DNA from: a virus
Length of the DNA: 64,000 nucleotides
Reading direction: 5' to 3' (one strand)
Virus record (IMG/VR): IMGVR_UViG_3300031566_005149
Location: 16,158 to 80,157 of that record
A program made the translations under genes and the position numbers. Shown in pieces: positions 1 through 10,494 of this stretch (position 1 is its first letter; each line of letters opens with the position of its first letter). Below the pieces are notes generated by a model. It ran no database searches, was not told where the DNA came from, and was given only the letters and a program-made list of their open reading frames with translations.

Positions 1-8
1 TAAAGGAT

Positions 9-1970
9 ATGATCCAAGGCGCTATGCCTGGAGCGAAAGAAAATAAAAGACTGTTTGGAGGTCTCACAGGGACTGGTGGTGAGGATGAGGGTGGGGGCCA
101 AGGAAAACCAGCCTGTATTGGTGTTTATATTTGTGGAGCGGAAAAAAGACGAAAAGTAGAAGAGGCAAAAAAGAAGAAAGATACGAAACAAATTGCGGTG
201 CAAACCAAAAAAGAAAAAAAGAAGAAAGATAAATATGATAAAATAATGATTGGACATACAGCTAAGTCAGCAAAATATTTGCAAAAACATGATAAAAGAG
301 AAAAGAGACGAAGTATATGGAAATTCTTTGGTGCAATTGGTTCTGGGGTAATGAGCTTATTAAGTGGTGTTTTGAGTTTCTTATCCAATCCTTATGTTCT
401 TTTAGCCGGTGCTCTTGCAACAGTTGGAACTATGATAGTAAAATGGTTCCACGCGAACATTACTCCAAAACTCCAGGGCTGGGTAGATAAGCAATTGAAT
501 AGGGCTCGTGAAATAGGCGAAGAATCGAATGTAACGGGTGCAGATATAGGAGCGAGGAGAAAAGGGGATGTAGGAGCAACAAGCAAATTGGCAATGCAAT
601 CGGGTATGAAAAAAGGATTCAATCAGGGTGACTTACCGAAATTTATGCAGCAATATTCTGCGGCTTTTATAGGTGGAAGATATGAATATATGGCAGAGAA
701 TATACTTTTATATGGGGATTACACCGCTGACGAAATAGCCGATCTCCGAATACAACATTTTAAGAAATTTGGTACACAATTTCAATTAAAACAGGAGGGG
801 TGGAGACCTGATAATTGGAATGCTGAGGATGTTCGTAAAACTGGTAGAGCGATTGAAGCAATGTTTCTCTCATGGTTAACAAGTAAGAAAAGAATTGGTG
901 ATGAGGATGCAGATTCTAGAGTAGAGAGAATAAAACAACTTAGAAAAAAATATGGTAAAGATAAATCTGTTAGAGACTTAGATATTTTAGATAAAGCTGA
1001 AAAACATAAAGAGTTCACTGAAAAACAGAAAGCAGAAGAAAAAGCAAAAGGGTTTAGTATAACTGATGCTCACAAATGGGCTTCAAAAAATGGTGGGAAA
1101 CCATCTGAATATTTAGGAAAGACACTTGATCAGGCCAAGGAAATAGCCAAAAAATATGGATCGTCTTTTGTAGCCGAGGTGAAAGCCACTGCAACAATAA
1201 CAGCCGAAAAAGCTCAAGAATTATCAGAGAAATATGGTGGACCCGCAGCCAAATATATGAACAAGACCCTGAAACAAGCTATTGAATATGGAAAAACAGT
1301 AAAAGATAAGGCAGTTACAACAGCTGGTGTTGTCGCAACAATAACAGCCGAAAAAGCTCAAGAATTATCAGAGAAATATGGTGGACCCGCAGCCAAATAT
1401 ATGAACAGGACACTGAAACAAGCTATTGAATATGGACAATCATTTAAAGATAGTATGCTAACCAAAGAAAAAGTAGGAGAATTAAGGGATAAGGCAGTAA
1501 CAACAGCTGGTGATGCCAAAGAAGTGGCAACATCATTATGGGTATCACTCAAAAATTGGCTTTCTGGAGGAGATGAAGATCTCAAGCTAATTGGACCGAA
1601 ACGTCCTGGGGGAGATGATCTCAGGCTAATTGGACCGAAACGTCATGGTAGTTCTGGATATGCTAAAGAAATACTTGAAAATATATCCCCAGAAAGAAAA
1701 TCGTGGATTAGAAGAAATGCAGATAGACTTTTTGCAACCGGTGTCTACACAGCAGAAGAGCTCAAGAAATTGGGTGCAACTTTAAGTGAGAAGGTTGGAG
1801 AGGCTGGTGAGAAGGTTGGAAATGCAGTTAATTCATCAGCTGCATATACGTCCACCACCATATCCAATGCCGTTAGTAATGTAAGTAATGGTGGTGGTGG
1901 TGGTAATAATAATCCATTTATTTCAGATCAAGCAATGACAGATGTTATGTTCGGTCATGCAATGTTTTAA
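9..1970 (+). CDS. Large virion-associated protein, possibly the C-terminal part of a tape-measure-like protein; probably 5'-truncated by the window edge
   Basis: Frame open to the window edge; Lys/Ala-rich helical sequence with a hydrophobic segment (FFGAIGSGVMSLLSGVLSFL) and internal repeats; next to baseplate genes. Confidence 0.4.
   Translation: MIQGAMPGAKENKRLFGGLTGTGGEDEGGGQGKPACIGVYICGAEKRRKVEEAKKKKDTKQIAVQTKKEKKKKDKYDKIMIGHTAKSAKYLQKHDKREKRRSIWKFFGAIGSGVMSLLSGVLSFLSNPYVLLAGALATVGTMIVKWFHANITPKLQGWVDKQLNRAREIGEESNVTGADIGARRKGDVGATSKLAMQSGMKKGFNQGDLPKFMQQYSAAFIGGRYEYMAENILLYGDYTADEIADLRIQHFKKFGTQFQLKQEGWRPDNWNAEDVRKTGRAIEAMFLSWLTSKKRIGDEDADSRVERIKQLRKKYGKDKSVRDLDILDKAEKHKEFTEKQKAEEKAKGFSITDAHKWASKNGGKPSEYLGKTLDQAKEIAKKYGSSFVAEVKATATITAEKAQELSEKYGGPAAKYMNKTLKQAIEYGKTVKDKAVTTAGVVATITAEKAQELSEKYGGPAAKYMNRTLKQAIEYGQSFKDSMLTKEKVGELRDKAVTTAGDAKEVATSLWVSLKNWLSGGDEDLKLIGPKRPGGDDLRLIGPKRHGSSGYAKEILENISPERKSWIRRNADRLFATGVYTAEELKKLGATLSEKVGEAGEKVGNAVNSSAAYTSTTISNAVSNVSNGGGGGNNNPFISDQAMTDVMFGHAMF
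1191..1436 (+). repeat. Intragenic direct repeat, 144 nt period (ATITAEKAQELSEKYGGPAAKYMN x2)
   Basis: Near-identical DNA starting at 1191 and 1335; a shorter GGD..DL.LIGPKR repeat follows near 1567-1644. Confidence 0.9.
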
Positions 1971-1982
1971 GGAGGAGTAAAA

Positions 1983-3368
1983 ATGGGAACAGGAGGAAAA
2001 GGAACAGATCCACGAAGAGCATATAGAAGTGCATACTTCGATGAAGAAATTAATTTTATCATAGGTTATCCACCGCAAGGGGCTACCGATAAAGATTATG
2101 GAACAAGGATAGATACCGTAATAAAAAATTCAATGCCATTAGTGCATATACAACCTGGAATACCAAACTTTACATTGGGTCTTGATTTAATGAGAAGAGA
2201 ACCAGCATTTCGAAACTCTTCCTTCGAAGATCAGTATGCAAGCCCTCAATTAGATCGTTTGGATTCGAGAAGTGATTATGTTACACTTTTGAGAAAACTC
2301 GGATTTTCCTTAAAACAACCGAAGCCGAACGTTACTGGTTTTTTATCATGTGCTTATTTAGCCGATTCATTTCCAACAGATACTTTTACAAATGAATATG
2401 GAGAAAACTTCCTTCAGAAAATGACCAATGTTGGTGGTGAGGGTCTGCATGGAATAACCCAGATGCTGGGTGGTCGATCTCTAACTGACACCATAGACCA
2501 AATGGCAAAAGGAGGAGGAGTCGTTGGAACGGGAGCCAAAGCTGTTAAAGGTGGTCTTGATATGTTAGGAAGTATGGCACAAGAATATGGAGGCCCGACT
2601 CTCAACCGGATTGTTAATAATGCTAATGTTTTAGCAGCCGGTGGAAGAATCGATTTTCCAATGCTATGGAAAAATAGTACCTACACACCATCATACACAA
2701 TGACAATACGATTATACAACCCAAACCCGAATAGCGAAAGAGCAACAGCCAAATATATAATTGGTCCTATAGCCGCTCTTCTATTATTAGGATTACCACA
2801 ATCAGTTGGTGAGGGAGCATATTCGTGGCCATTTATTCACCAATTCTGGTCTCCAGGAATATATAATCTTGATCCTGGGTATATAGCAAGTGTAACTGTT
2901 GTAAAGGGTGGTGATCAACAGCAAATTTCTTGGAAGCAAAGAATGGGTGTTGTAGATGTTAGGATTGATTTTGGTAGTGTATTTAATAGTATTTTATCAG
3001 CATCTTCAGCATCTCGACAAAGACCAACACTTAAAGGTTATTTAAATGCTATGGCTGATGAAAAATTTGGTGTGGTGGGGATAACGGATTTTAGTAAAGT
3101 TAATAATGAAACGGATCAAAGCCCAGCTACTATACAAAAAACTAAAAATATTGGTGCTAATGCTGGTGGTTTAACAAATTCACAGATAAAAGATTATCAA
3201 CAAAACTTATCAGCTAGACGCGGCACATTGGCGACAACACAATCTAAAACACAGTTAGATTTAACAGAGGTGGGTGAAACTATTAAAGCAAGAGTTTCTA
3301 AGGATATTAAAGAAATTGCTGATAATCTTATCGGCTTGATTCCTACTGGAGTGAAAATTAGTTTTTAA
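1983..3368 (+). CDS. Putative baseplate / tail-tube-initiator-like virion protein
   Basis: Strong SD (AAGGAGG); segments FPMLWKNSTYTPSYTMTIRLYNP and YIASVTVVKGG resemble tube-fold baseplate proteins of large myoviruses. Confidence 0.4.
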   Translation: MGTGGKGTDPRRAYRSAYFDEEINFIIGYPPQGATDKDYGTRIDTVIKNSMPLVHIQPGIPNFTLGLDLMRREPAFRNSSFEDQYASPQLDRLDSRSDYVTLLRKLGFSLKQPKPNVTGFLSCAYLADSFPTDTFTNEYGENFLQKMTNVGGEGLHGITQMLGGRSLTDTIDQMAKGGGVVGTGAKAVKGGLDMLGSMAQEYGGPTLNRIVNNANVLAAGGRIDFPMLWKNSTYTPSYTMTIRLYNPNPNSERATAKYIIGPIAALLLLGLPQSVGEGAYSWPFIHQFWSPGIYNLDPGYIASVTVVKGGDQQQISWKQRMGVVDVRIDFGSVFNSILSASSASRQRPTLKGYLNAMADEKFGVVGITDFSKVNNETDQSPATIQKTKNIGANAGGLTNSQIKDYQQNLSARRGTLATTQSKTQLDLTEVGETIKARVSKDIKEIADNLIGLIPTGVKISF

Positions 3369-4489
3369 CAGAATAGATTTCTAAAACTTATTGTAATGTA
3401 TAAAGCCACAAATAACTCAAGGGAAATTTTGTCTCTTTGAGAAGTTTTACCAGAAGTAGAATATATCGATTCAAACATAGAATTCGTGAATACTACAATC
3501 AAATTCCTAAATAAAAATGAATCTTTATAATTCCTAACCATCATAAACTTTTTAACTATCTTAAAGAAGTTAGGTCCACATAAGCTTGAGGTATCAAGTA
3601 TTTCTTTTAAAAAACTGGTTAAAATAATTTTTACATTGTCTTGCGACGACTTGTTATGAATTATAGTTATGATACCTTCGGCTAAATTATTTTTTACACG
3701 ACTGATCGTCTTGGCTTCTTCTATTGCTTTTCTATCATAGTTTTTATAAACATACATACTTTTCAAAAATCTTTCTATCGCTGCTGTCTTTCCGGTGTCA
3801 GCAGTTGTTGTTTGAAACATATTTTTATCATCGTCTGATGGAGCTTCTTTCTCTGATCCTATTGATTTCCCATCAACAATATTTCTATGGTACGCGTTCA
3901 TAAAAGATCTCGTACTTTGATTAACTCGATCTTTACCATCGTGCATAAAGCGAATCATCAATTCAGGATTCCACTCACTATTTTTTATTTTGGTATAAAA
4001 TTTTTTATGAATATGTTTAGTCAAAAATACCAAAGCGCTAGCAATTGTTTTATGTTTAAGAAATAGATGGACCTTTACAACATTCTCCATTGTGTATCGA
4101 AAAACATCTGGATTGCAAAAATTTGGAAGGAATTTGTGATAACTACCTCCATAAGCTTTTATCATAAAATAAATTAATATGTCTTCTGCCATTTTTTCTT
4201 TATTGGCTTTTGCAAATCGATAATATAGATAACCTAAAATAAATGTAAATGGAACTCTATAAGTTGAACCTTTACCTTTTGTTCCTGCTTCATTAGCATT
4301 TTGTTTTGCTGCATTGCGTACAAATTTTTCATCTACACCAAGTTCTCTGTAGAGCTTAAATTGAAATAGTTTGGTGTGAATTTCAGCACATGGCTCACTC
4401 AAAGCATTAAGATGTACACCAACCTCTTTTGCTATTAATCTATACACTCTCTGTGGATTAAATTTTATTTTTTTATCTAATATCTCCAT
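3365..4489 (-). CDS. Hypothetical protein, 374 aa, basic
   Basis: Long ORF whose start overlaps the stop of the upstream wedge gene; no motif recognised. Confidence 0.75.
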   Translation of the reverse strand: MEILDKKIKFNPQRVYRLIAKEVGVHLNALSEPCAEIHTKLFQFKLYRELGVDEKFVRNAAKQNANEAGTKGKGSTYRVPFTFILGYLYYRFAKANKEKMAEDILIYFMIKAYGGSYHKFLPNFCNPDVFRYTMENVVKVHLFLKHKTIASALVFLTKHIHKKFYTKIKNSEWNPELMIRFMHDGKDRVNQSTRSFMNAYHRNIVDGKSIGSEKEAPSDDDKNMFQTTTADTGKTAAIERFLKSMYVYKNYDRKAIEEAKTISRVKNNLAEGIITIIHNKSSQDNVKIILTSFLKEILDTSSLCGPNFFKIVKKFMMVRNYKDSFLFRNLIVVFTNSMFESIYSTSGKTSQRDKISLELFVALYITISFRNLFC

Positions 4490-6954
4490 TATGAGAACAC
4501 CCTTATGATCATATTATCTTCATCAAAATATACATACTCAGGCCCATAACGAAGTAGAGTTTCTTGAGTGAAATCATTTATATCAAAGTTAAAGAATATA
4601 CTTGACTGAGGCTGTCTCAAAACAACATGATCAACACCTTCAAGCCCTTGAACGACATCTATAATTTCCGAGCGATATATATTTTTGTTAATACCGAACC
4701 TACTTGTAAATTCTGTTGATATCGCTGTTACCACGGAATCTCTTAGATTACCATTTGTTGCTGAATAAGTGGATGATTTAAAAACATCTATTTCAAGAAT
4801 TAATGGTATATCATAACTTGGATCGACCCAACCAAAAACTGAGAAAATATATTTACGATTCTTATTCGTAACGAAAACCATATTGTCTGATTTTGGTGTT
4901 ATAAATGTGAATGTGAGTGCTGTTGCATCAGCTAATACAGCAATGTTATTATCTTGACCGGCAAATGAACCCTTACCATTCAGAACAATATATCTATCAC
5001 CGCTACTACCAGATATAGGCGGGACAGATAGAATATCTATGACAGGGAGGATACTAACATCGTTTAACTGCATGTTCTCCAGTTCACCAGTTGTATTGGC
5101 TAACTTGAAATTAACAAAGTCGGTTAACATTTTATAATCTTTGAATGTTACTTCAGTGATCAATTTTTGCATAACGGTAGTTTCAAATGAAACTTGATCT
5201 ATTGAATCGTAGTAGTCTTTTTCTACCACAGGAATATCATACACAATATATCCAGTTGAATCTGACACGACATTTGATGTTGAAAAATCAGATAGATCTT
5301 TTCTAAATGTAAATGTTGTTTGATACTGACCGATTAAACCGTCACTTGGGTGACTGATTGTAAAATAATAGGTATTTTCATTAGAAGGCAAAACGGTATA
5401 ATCTGGAAAAGAGAAAGTGAATTGGCTTGCTGTAGCATCATTGATCATATCATAATCTTGACCAGTTTCCAATATTTCTATTTCGCATGATGTTGTTTCA
5501 GAATCAGTTTCACTAGATGTATATGATAGTGTAAATTCAGCGCCAGAACCAACTTGTTTTACATCTAATTTTGTAGCTGTGATGTTGTATGGATCTCCGT
5601 AGCTGGTGACAAGAACTGGAATCTGTTCAATTTCAGTTGCAATATAAAAATATGTTGCGATGGTATTTAGAACTTCAATTTGCATATCAAAAATAGTGAG
5701 ATAATTGACACCATTATGGGATATGACTGTGTGTTTGGGAACGTATGTGTTTGTGAAAGTATGATATAGATTTCTTGATGGAACAATTTCACTATTAAAA
5801 TTCAATGTGGTAAATAATGATATTTCATTAACTTTTATATCCGATCTTTTGAGAACTGGGAGAGAGTTCTGATTTAAAGGTGAATCATCAATAATAACAT
5901 TAGCATTAATATAATCATTTTCAGAAACCAAACGTTCCAGAGCTGTCAAGTTTGTTATTGCATTTCTTCTAATTTCATCTAAAGATTCTTCGTCATCACC
6001 ACCTATAGCCGCTTCAGTATTTGTTATTGAGTAATTAACAATTTGAGTTAATCCAGCTACTGTTGTGCTGTAAATTCTTTGTCCTTGTGTAACCGTTCCA
6101 ATAACAACATTTCCATTCTCACCATCTGTAATTTGAGTTGTTACTCTAACTTTTGAACCTCCAGGTGGTTGATAACCAATCAGTCCATTTCCAAATTGAA
6201 GTGTAAAACCATCATCCGTTCTCCTGACAACATAGCCTTTTGTTGTGGCTTCCATCAAAAACAAACTTGCAATTTCTGTGTATTCAGTATATCCAGCTTG
6301 TTCAAGTTCCTGCACTTCAACAACAACATCACTAATTTTTCCATCTATAAGTACGTCCAAGGTAATAAATTGATATACCTGTAAGTCCTCATTAATTTGA
6401 AATTCTTGTTCGTCTTCTTTATATTGACTAAACGGCAATACAAAATAAGCAACTTGTTCAGATATTGTTACAGGCATATTAAAGACTTTTGTGCCTTCAG
6501 TTAAAACCGCTGTTACGGAAGCGTTGTTTGTGACGGTGACTTCTGTTGACCAATACGAACTAAAAATAATATCATCAGTTCCTTTAACTTCAAATCCTTC
6601 TGGAATTGAAAAGGTAGCAACATTATCTTCAAAAGTTAAAGGAACAGCAAATAAAACATTTAGAGAAGATGATGTAGCTGTTTCTGCACTATAACCTAGA
6701 TATGCAGCTAAATTATATATAGAAGATGGAAGTTGAGCTTTTGTGAGAAAAAATTCTTTATACGTTGAAATTTGATAAAATAAAACATTGGATGTGATAG
6801 TAGATAGAATTTCCACCATGAATGATAAAAAAGATGATTTTGTCAGATCAACATTCTCAAGTTCCAAATAGGTTTGAAGGAACGTTATAATCTGAGATCT
6901 TATTTGATCCCTACTTTTATATACTGCTTCAGATGTTGTTGTCGTTGTCGCCAT
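4489..6954 (-). CDS. Baseplate wedge subunit (T4 gp6 / baseplate J-like)
   Basis: FLTKAQLPSSIYNLAAYLGY, LQFGNGLIGYQPP, AIGGDDEESLDEIRRNA...RLVSENDY are typical gp6-like motifs. Confidence 0.88.
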   Translation of the reverse strand: MATTTTTSEAVYKSRDQIRSQIITFLQTYLELENVDLTKSSFLSFMVEILSTITSNVLFYQISTYKEFFLTKAQLPSSIYNLAAYLGYSAETATSSSLNVLFAVPLTFEDNVATFSIPEGFEVKGTDDIIFSSYWSTEVTVTNNASVTAVLTEGTKVFNMPVTISEQVAYFVLPFSQYKEDEQEFQINEDLQVYQFITLDVLIDGKISDVVVEVQELEQAGYTEYTEIASLFLMEATTKGYVVRRTDDGFTLQFGNGLIGYQPPGGSKVRVTTQITDGENGNVVIGTVTQGQRIYSTTVAGLTQIVNYSITNTEAAIGGDDEESLDEIRRNAITNLTALERLVSENDYINANVIIDDSPLNQNSLPVLKRSDIKVNEISLFTTLNFNSEIVPSRNLYHTFTNTYVPKHTVISHNGVNYLTIFDMQIEVLNTIATYFYIATEIEQIPVLVTSYGDPYNITATKLDVKQVGSGAEFTLSYTSSETDSETTSCEIEILETGQDYDMINDATASQFTFSFPDYTVLPSNENTYYFTISHPSDGLIGQYQTTFTFRKDLSDFSTSNVVSDSTGYIVYDIPVVEKDYYDSIDQVSFETTVMQKLITEVTFKDYKMLTDFVNFKLANTTGELENMQLNDVSILPVIDILSVPPISGSSGDRYIVLNGKGSFAGQDNNIAVLADATALTFTFITPKSDNMVFVTNKNRKYIFSVFGWVDPSYDIPLILEIDVFKSSTYSATNGNLRDSVVTAISTEFTSRFGINKNIYRSEIIDVVQGLEGVDHVVLRQPQSSIFFNFDINDFTQETLLRYGPEYVYFDEDNMIIRVFS

Positions 6955-6972
6955 ATCTAATCTCCAATCTCC

Positions 6973-7623
6973 TTAGACAAAATAGAAACCACTATTTTTA
7001 TCATAGAATGTGTTTTTTAATCTTTCTCTTATAATTTCATTCTTAAGTAAAAGCCTTGTCAAAAATGTTGAATTAGGAATGGTGTGAATATTTTTATCAT
7101 AATCAAAGAAAACATATGTATCTTGAACTTGTTCTTCAAGTTGGGTTTCAGTAACACTCTGTTCAACCTTTACTCTAACCCTCCAAAAAGTAAAATCAGT
7201 ATTAACCGATTTCTCAACACCAGAAACATTATAAACTGGATAGACATCATTAGTTGGCCTTAGAAAATTTTGCTCAAATTTGATTTTGTCATTTGGCAAT
7301 GGTGTAATGCCATAAGAACTCGGTATTACAAATGATGTTTCACCTTCTTTTACATAACCAATATCCTGAGCATCAAAAGATGTAGTAATTTCTTCTGAAT
7401 AATAAATTGGGAGCAACAATATTTTATTCCATCTAACTCCACTGAATTCACCAACTCGATCATATGACCCAGCAAAAACATTTTCATCTTCCCAAATTGT
7501 TTCAGGGCCATCTATATGATAATAAGTTGATAAAAAGGAAACAACATTCTCAGCATACTTATCATACACCATACGTTGATATTCGTTGATGTATGTATAT
7601 ATGTTACTAAATTTTTGTGCCAT
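6973..7623 (-). CDS. Putative virion structural protein (neck/head-completion-like)
   Basis: Within the structural operon, SD GGAG; beta-rich sequence; family not firmly recognised. Confidence 0.4.
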   Translation of the reverse strand: MAQKFSNIYTYINEYQRMVYDKYAENVVSFLSTYYHIDGPETIWEDENVFAGSYDRVGEFSGVRWNKILLLPIYYSEEITTSFDAQDIGYVKEGETSFVIPSSYGITPLPNDKIKFEQNFLRPTNDVYPVYNVSGVEKSVNTDFTFWRVRVKVEQSVTETQLEEQVQDTYVFFDYDKNIHTIPNSTFLTRLLLKNEIIRERLKNTFYDKNSGFYFV

Positions 7624-8057
7624 TATATTTGTTGTTCCTCTATTGGTACTGTTGAATCATCAAATTTAATAGAAATTTCACCACGCTCACCTTTGAAACC
7701 ACACTCAAGATTAACATTAAAACCTTTTTTATCTGGCAATAGTGTTATAAATATATTCAATATTTCAGCTCTAGCATCATAGTTTTCAATTCTAGTTTGA
7801 ACTTCTGTTTTAATAGCTTCCACTGTTCCATCATCAGCTGGCTCAAAAATGAGTTTATATAAATTACTACCAAAATTGGGATCATAGATATATGACCCCA
7901 ACGGTGTTAGTAAAATATTATTCCAGGAGTTTAATATGACATCTATATTTCGTATTCTTTTAAAATCCCCAATAGAAGAAATTCTCGGAATGAAATCGTG
8001 AGGCTGTACATCCGTTCCTACTGCCGATTTAATAAAACGTTCTAAAAGATTAGCCAT
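7623..8057 (-). CDS. Baseplate wedge protein, gp25/GPW family
   Basis: NILLTPLGSYIYDPNFGSNLYKLIFEP...IENYDAR signature. Confidence 0.9.
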   Translation of the reverse strand: MANLLERFIKSAVGTDVQPHDFIPRISSIGDFKRIRNIDVILNSWNNILLTPLGSYIYDPNFGSNLYKLIFEPADDGTVEAIKTEVQTRIENYDARAEILNIFITLLPDKKGFNVNLECGFKGERGEISIKFDDSTVPIEEQQI

Positions 8058-8283
8058 TTTTCAACTCCTTGATCAATTTTTCTTTATCCTCTTCTAGCTT
8101 GTTTTTCCATTTGAGCATATTCTTTAATTTAAGAACAGGCATATTCATAACACTATCATATGGTTGCTTTAATAATTCAATTGCAGCGAAAACTTCATCT
8201 TCCCAATTCTTTTTGAAGGATTCAATATCATTTTCACTATTCGAGTGTGTGTACCATACGAAAAAAGTTATCGACCAAATCAA
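8050..8283 (-). CDS. gp51-like baseplate/tail assembly ORF; may be translated as a +1 frameshift extension of the upstream gene
   Basis: No good start or SD; overlaps the upstream ORF; PYDSVMNMP..K motif is typical of second chaperone ORFs. Confidence 0.5.
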   Translation of the reverse strand: MIWSITFFVWYTHSNSENDIESFKKNWEDEVFAAIELLKQPYDSVMNMPVLKLKNMLKWKNKLEEDKEKLIKELKNG

Positions 8284-9025
8284 GGTCTAGTTCCTCCTCT
8301 TCACCACACATAGGACAAGTCACTCTCATCTTCAACTCAATCCCGTAGCTGCCCAATTTATCTTTATACTCTTTGAATATTGCCCTCTTATCGTTTGGGG
8401 GTAATGCTCTGTAAGCATCCACAATATCTTCTCGTGTTGAATAAACTACTGAATCCTGGCCTTTAACATTTTCCGTAAAATTCTCAATGATTAAAGTTTC
8501 AGTCATAAGATCAAGTACTTTAGAATTATTACCAGCCAGCTTCATTGCTTCTTGTTCATCTTTTAAAGTCGGCTGTCTAATGGATACACTAACACTATCC
8601 ATAACAGGTAGCTGTATCTGAAACTTGGCGTCTAGAATATTTTGATCTTCTGGATATGAATTCATTGAAAATGTTGATGATGCTTTTATCGTGATCGCAT
8701 GAGTTTTTCCACATGAGCCACACGATACATCATAATTACGAACTTCTTCATAAGTGATATGATACAATCCATATAATAATGCATCCCTATCCTTCAATGT
8801 CAGCTTCGTCAAAAAGTCTTCAAAAGATTTAACATCATTTGGTGGGACTGTAACACAATCAAAAATACAACGATTTAAATGATCTGTCACAACAGAAGGA
8901 GAAAGAAGACTTCCTTTGAGCCTCTCTTCCTCCTGAACTGACATTGATTTAAGTCTAAAAGACTTGTTGGTATGTGGCGTTATGACCTCATACTCTGGAA
9001 ATTTCTGTTGAAATCCTGTAAACAT
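8237..9025 (-). CDS. Baseplate hub / tail assembly chaperone (T4 gp26-like) with two CxxC pairs
   Basis: PEYEVITPHTNKSFRLKSMSVQEE N-terminus, CGSC and CPMC, terminal NFF; directly downstream of the tail tube gene. Confidence 0.7.
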   Translation of the reverse strand: MFTGFQQKFPEYEVITPHTNKSFRLKSMSVQEEERLKGSLLSPSVVTDHLNRCIFDCVTVPPNDVKSFEDFLTKLTLKDRDALLYGLYHITYEEVRNYDVSCGSCGKTHAITIKASSTFSMNSYPEDQNILDAKFQIQLPVMDSVSVSIRQPTLKDEQEAMKLAGNNSKVLDLMTETLIIENFTENVKGQDSVVYSTREDIVDAYRALPPNDKRAIFKEYKDKLGSYGIELKMRVTCPMCGEEEELDLDLVDNFFRMVHTLE

Positions 9026-9075
9026 GGTTATGTCTCCTTTCCGTTCTCTATTTATTAATTATTCTAAATACGATT

Positions 9076-9795
9076 TTAGGTTCCAGCACTAATGCGGTTA
9101 CCATAATTTTCAATACTTGCTTTAGCAGCATAAACACTATCAGATAATGATTGACATTTTGTTTTAACCCAGTTTTCATGCCAAATATAATCTACATTGA
9201 ATTCAACTTCAATGTCTAGACGCCCGACAGTTTCTACATCACTGGTAAAAAGATCTTGTGGATCTTTAGTTGGAAAAACACCATCATAAGCAGCATAATA
9301 TTCAACCTGTTTTCCATCTGGAGCTGTGGTCCAATAATACATAATAGCAGCATATGTTGATTTGGTATATCCAGATAACGAATCTGTATCTTGTAGATTA
9401 GACACACCGGTTCTGTAGTCTCGAATCATTTTTACCCAACCATGCATAATGTTAGTTGTTGGTGTTCCATTGAATTCTAAAAACTTAACTGACACAGAGT
9501 TTCCATAGTCAATGTTTCCAGGGACTGCCCATTTGATACCACCCAACCCAGTGTATTCAATTTTGTTGAGTGTTCCACCTGGAGGTGTTACTGAAAGACA
9601 GGCACCAGCCATATAATTTCCTAGGTCTAATATGTTGTCAAAACCAGTGTATGATTTCAAACCAACTGGAAGTGCAGCCATGTAAATGAAATGATAACCT
9701 GTTAGATATGGATCGGCCACACCAGTAAGTGTACCACCAAAGTTTCTGGATAACCTATTGCCTGGGACCTTTGCGAACGAATTTTTTAAAGCCAT
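9076..9795 (-). CDS. Tail tube protein
   Basis: Downstream of sheath; SVTPPGGT, VSVKFLE, MHGWVK, YDGVFP pattern of gp19-like tubes; SD GGAGG. Confidence 0.75.
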   Translation of the reverse strand: MALKNSFAKVPGNRLSRNFGGTLTGVADPYLTGYHFIYMAALPVGLKSYTGFDNILDLGNYMAGACLSVTPPGGTLNKIEYTGLGGIKWAVPGNIDYGNSVSVKFLEFNGTPTTNIMHGWVKMIRDYRTGVSNLQDTDSLSGYTKSTYAAIMYYWTTAPDGKQVEYYAAYDGVFPTKDPQDLFTSDVETVGRLDIEVEFNVDYIWHENWVKTKCQSLSDSVYAAKASIENYGNRISAGT

Positions 9796-9815
9796 CTTGA
9801 TGTCCTCCGTTTTAT

Positions 9816-10364
9816 TTATAAACTCTTCTCCCGTTTTTTAATCTGAGAAATTACATCACCCCAATCACCATTTTTTATAAGAACAACTTTATCATCAATA
9901 TAAAAATCGGCAATAATTTTTTCTCCTGTTATACGATCAAAATATATTCCATAGTTGATCAAATAATTTTTTATATTTTGAATCTCGTCTTCGAGATCGT
10001 ATGCAAATGTATCAGCATTTTCCTGACTAGCTCTAGTTGTGAAAATGACAATTTCATACCCTTTACTCTTCAAATATTCTATAGATTTTTTAGCAGCTGG
10101 AAATGGATCATCATCCAACTTACCATCATTCCAACCAGACTTAGCTGAATATATAGTCTTATCAAAATCTATCATAACTCTACCGAATTTTCCACCCCTT
10201 TCTTCAAGAGGTTTTGGATTTTCGTCGTTTTCGTCATCATCTCTATTTCTCATGATTGGAGGAGTTGGGGAATCAATAGCAAAACCACCTACAGCTTCAT
10301 CAGCTATAGTTTTCAATTCATCAAAAAATTCAGATAATTGTTTTGCTAGATCCTGTATATTCAT
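9816..10364 (-). CDS. HAD-superfamily phosphatase-like protein with acidic N-terminal extension
   Basis: IDFDKTI (motif I), IVIFTTR (II), K..ADFYIDDK (III/IV). Confidence 0.8.
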   Translation of the reverse strand: MNIQDLAKQLSEFFDELKTIADEAVGGFAIDSPTPPIMRNRDDDENDENPKPLEERGGKFGRVMIDFDKTIYSAKSGWNDGKLDDDPFPAAKKSIEYLKSKGYEIVIFTTRASQENADTFAYDLEDEIQNIKNYLINYGIYFDRITGEKIIADFYIDDKVVLIKNGDWGDVISQIKKREKSL

Positions 10365-10389
10365 GTATGAATCTCCATTGAGTCTATAT

Positions 10390-10405
10390 CTTTTAATTTT
10401 GTTCT
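10390..10405 (-). promoter_or_regulatory. Putative late promoter (AGAACAAAATTAAAAG)
   Basis: Variant of the recurrent AGAACAAA-N3-TAAAY motif upstream of a - strand gene. Confidence 0.55.
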
Positions 10406-10428
10406 ACCTTTTTACCGAAGTCTCATAT

Positions 10429-10448
10429 CTATATATATTAATAAGTGA
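10429..10448 (+). promoter_or_regulatory. Putative early promoter CTATATATATTAATAAGTGA
   Basis: One of 8 near-identical intergenic copies, all + strand, each upstream of an SD and ORF. Confidence 0.7.
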
Positions 10449-10494
10449 GCAGACGTATTGACTGCTTAATTTTTTATTAGGAGGTGAAGTCAAT

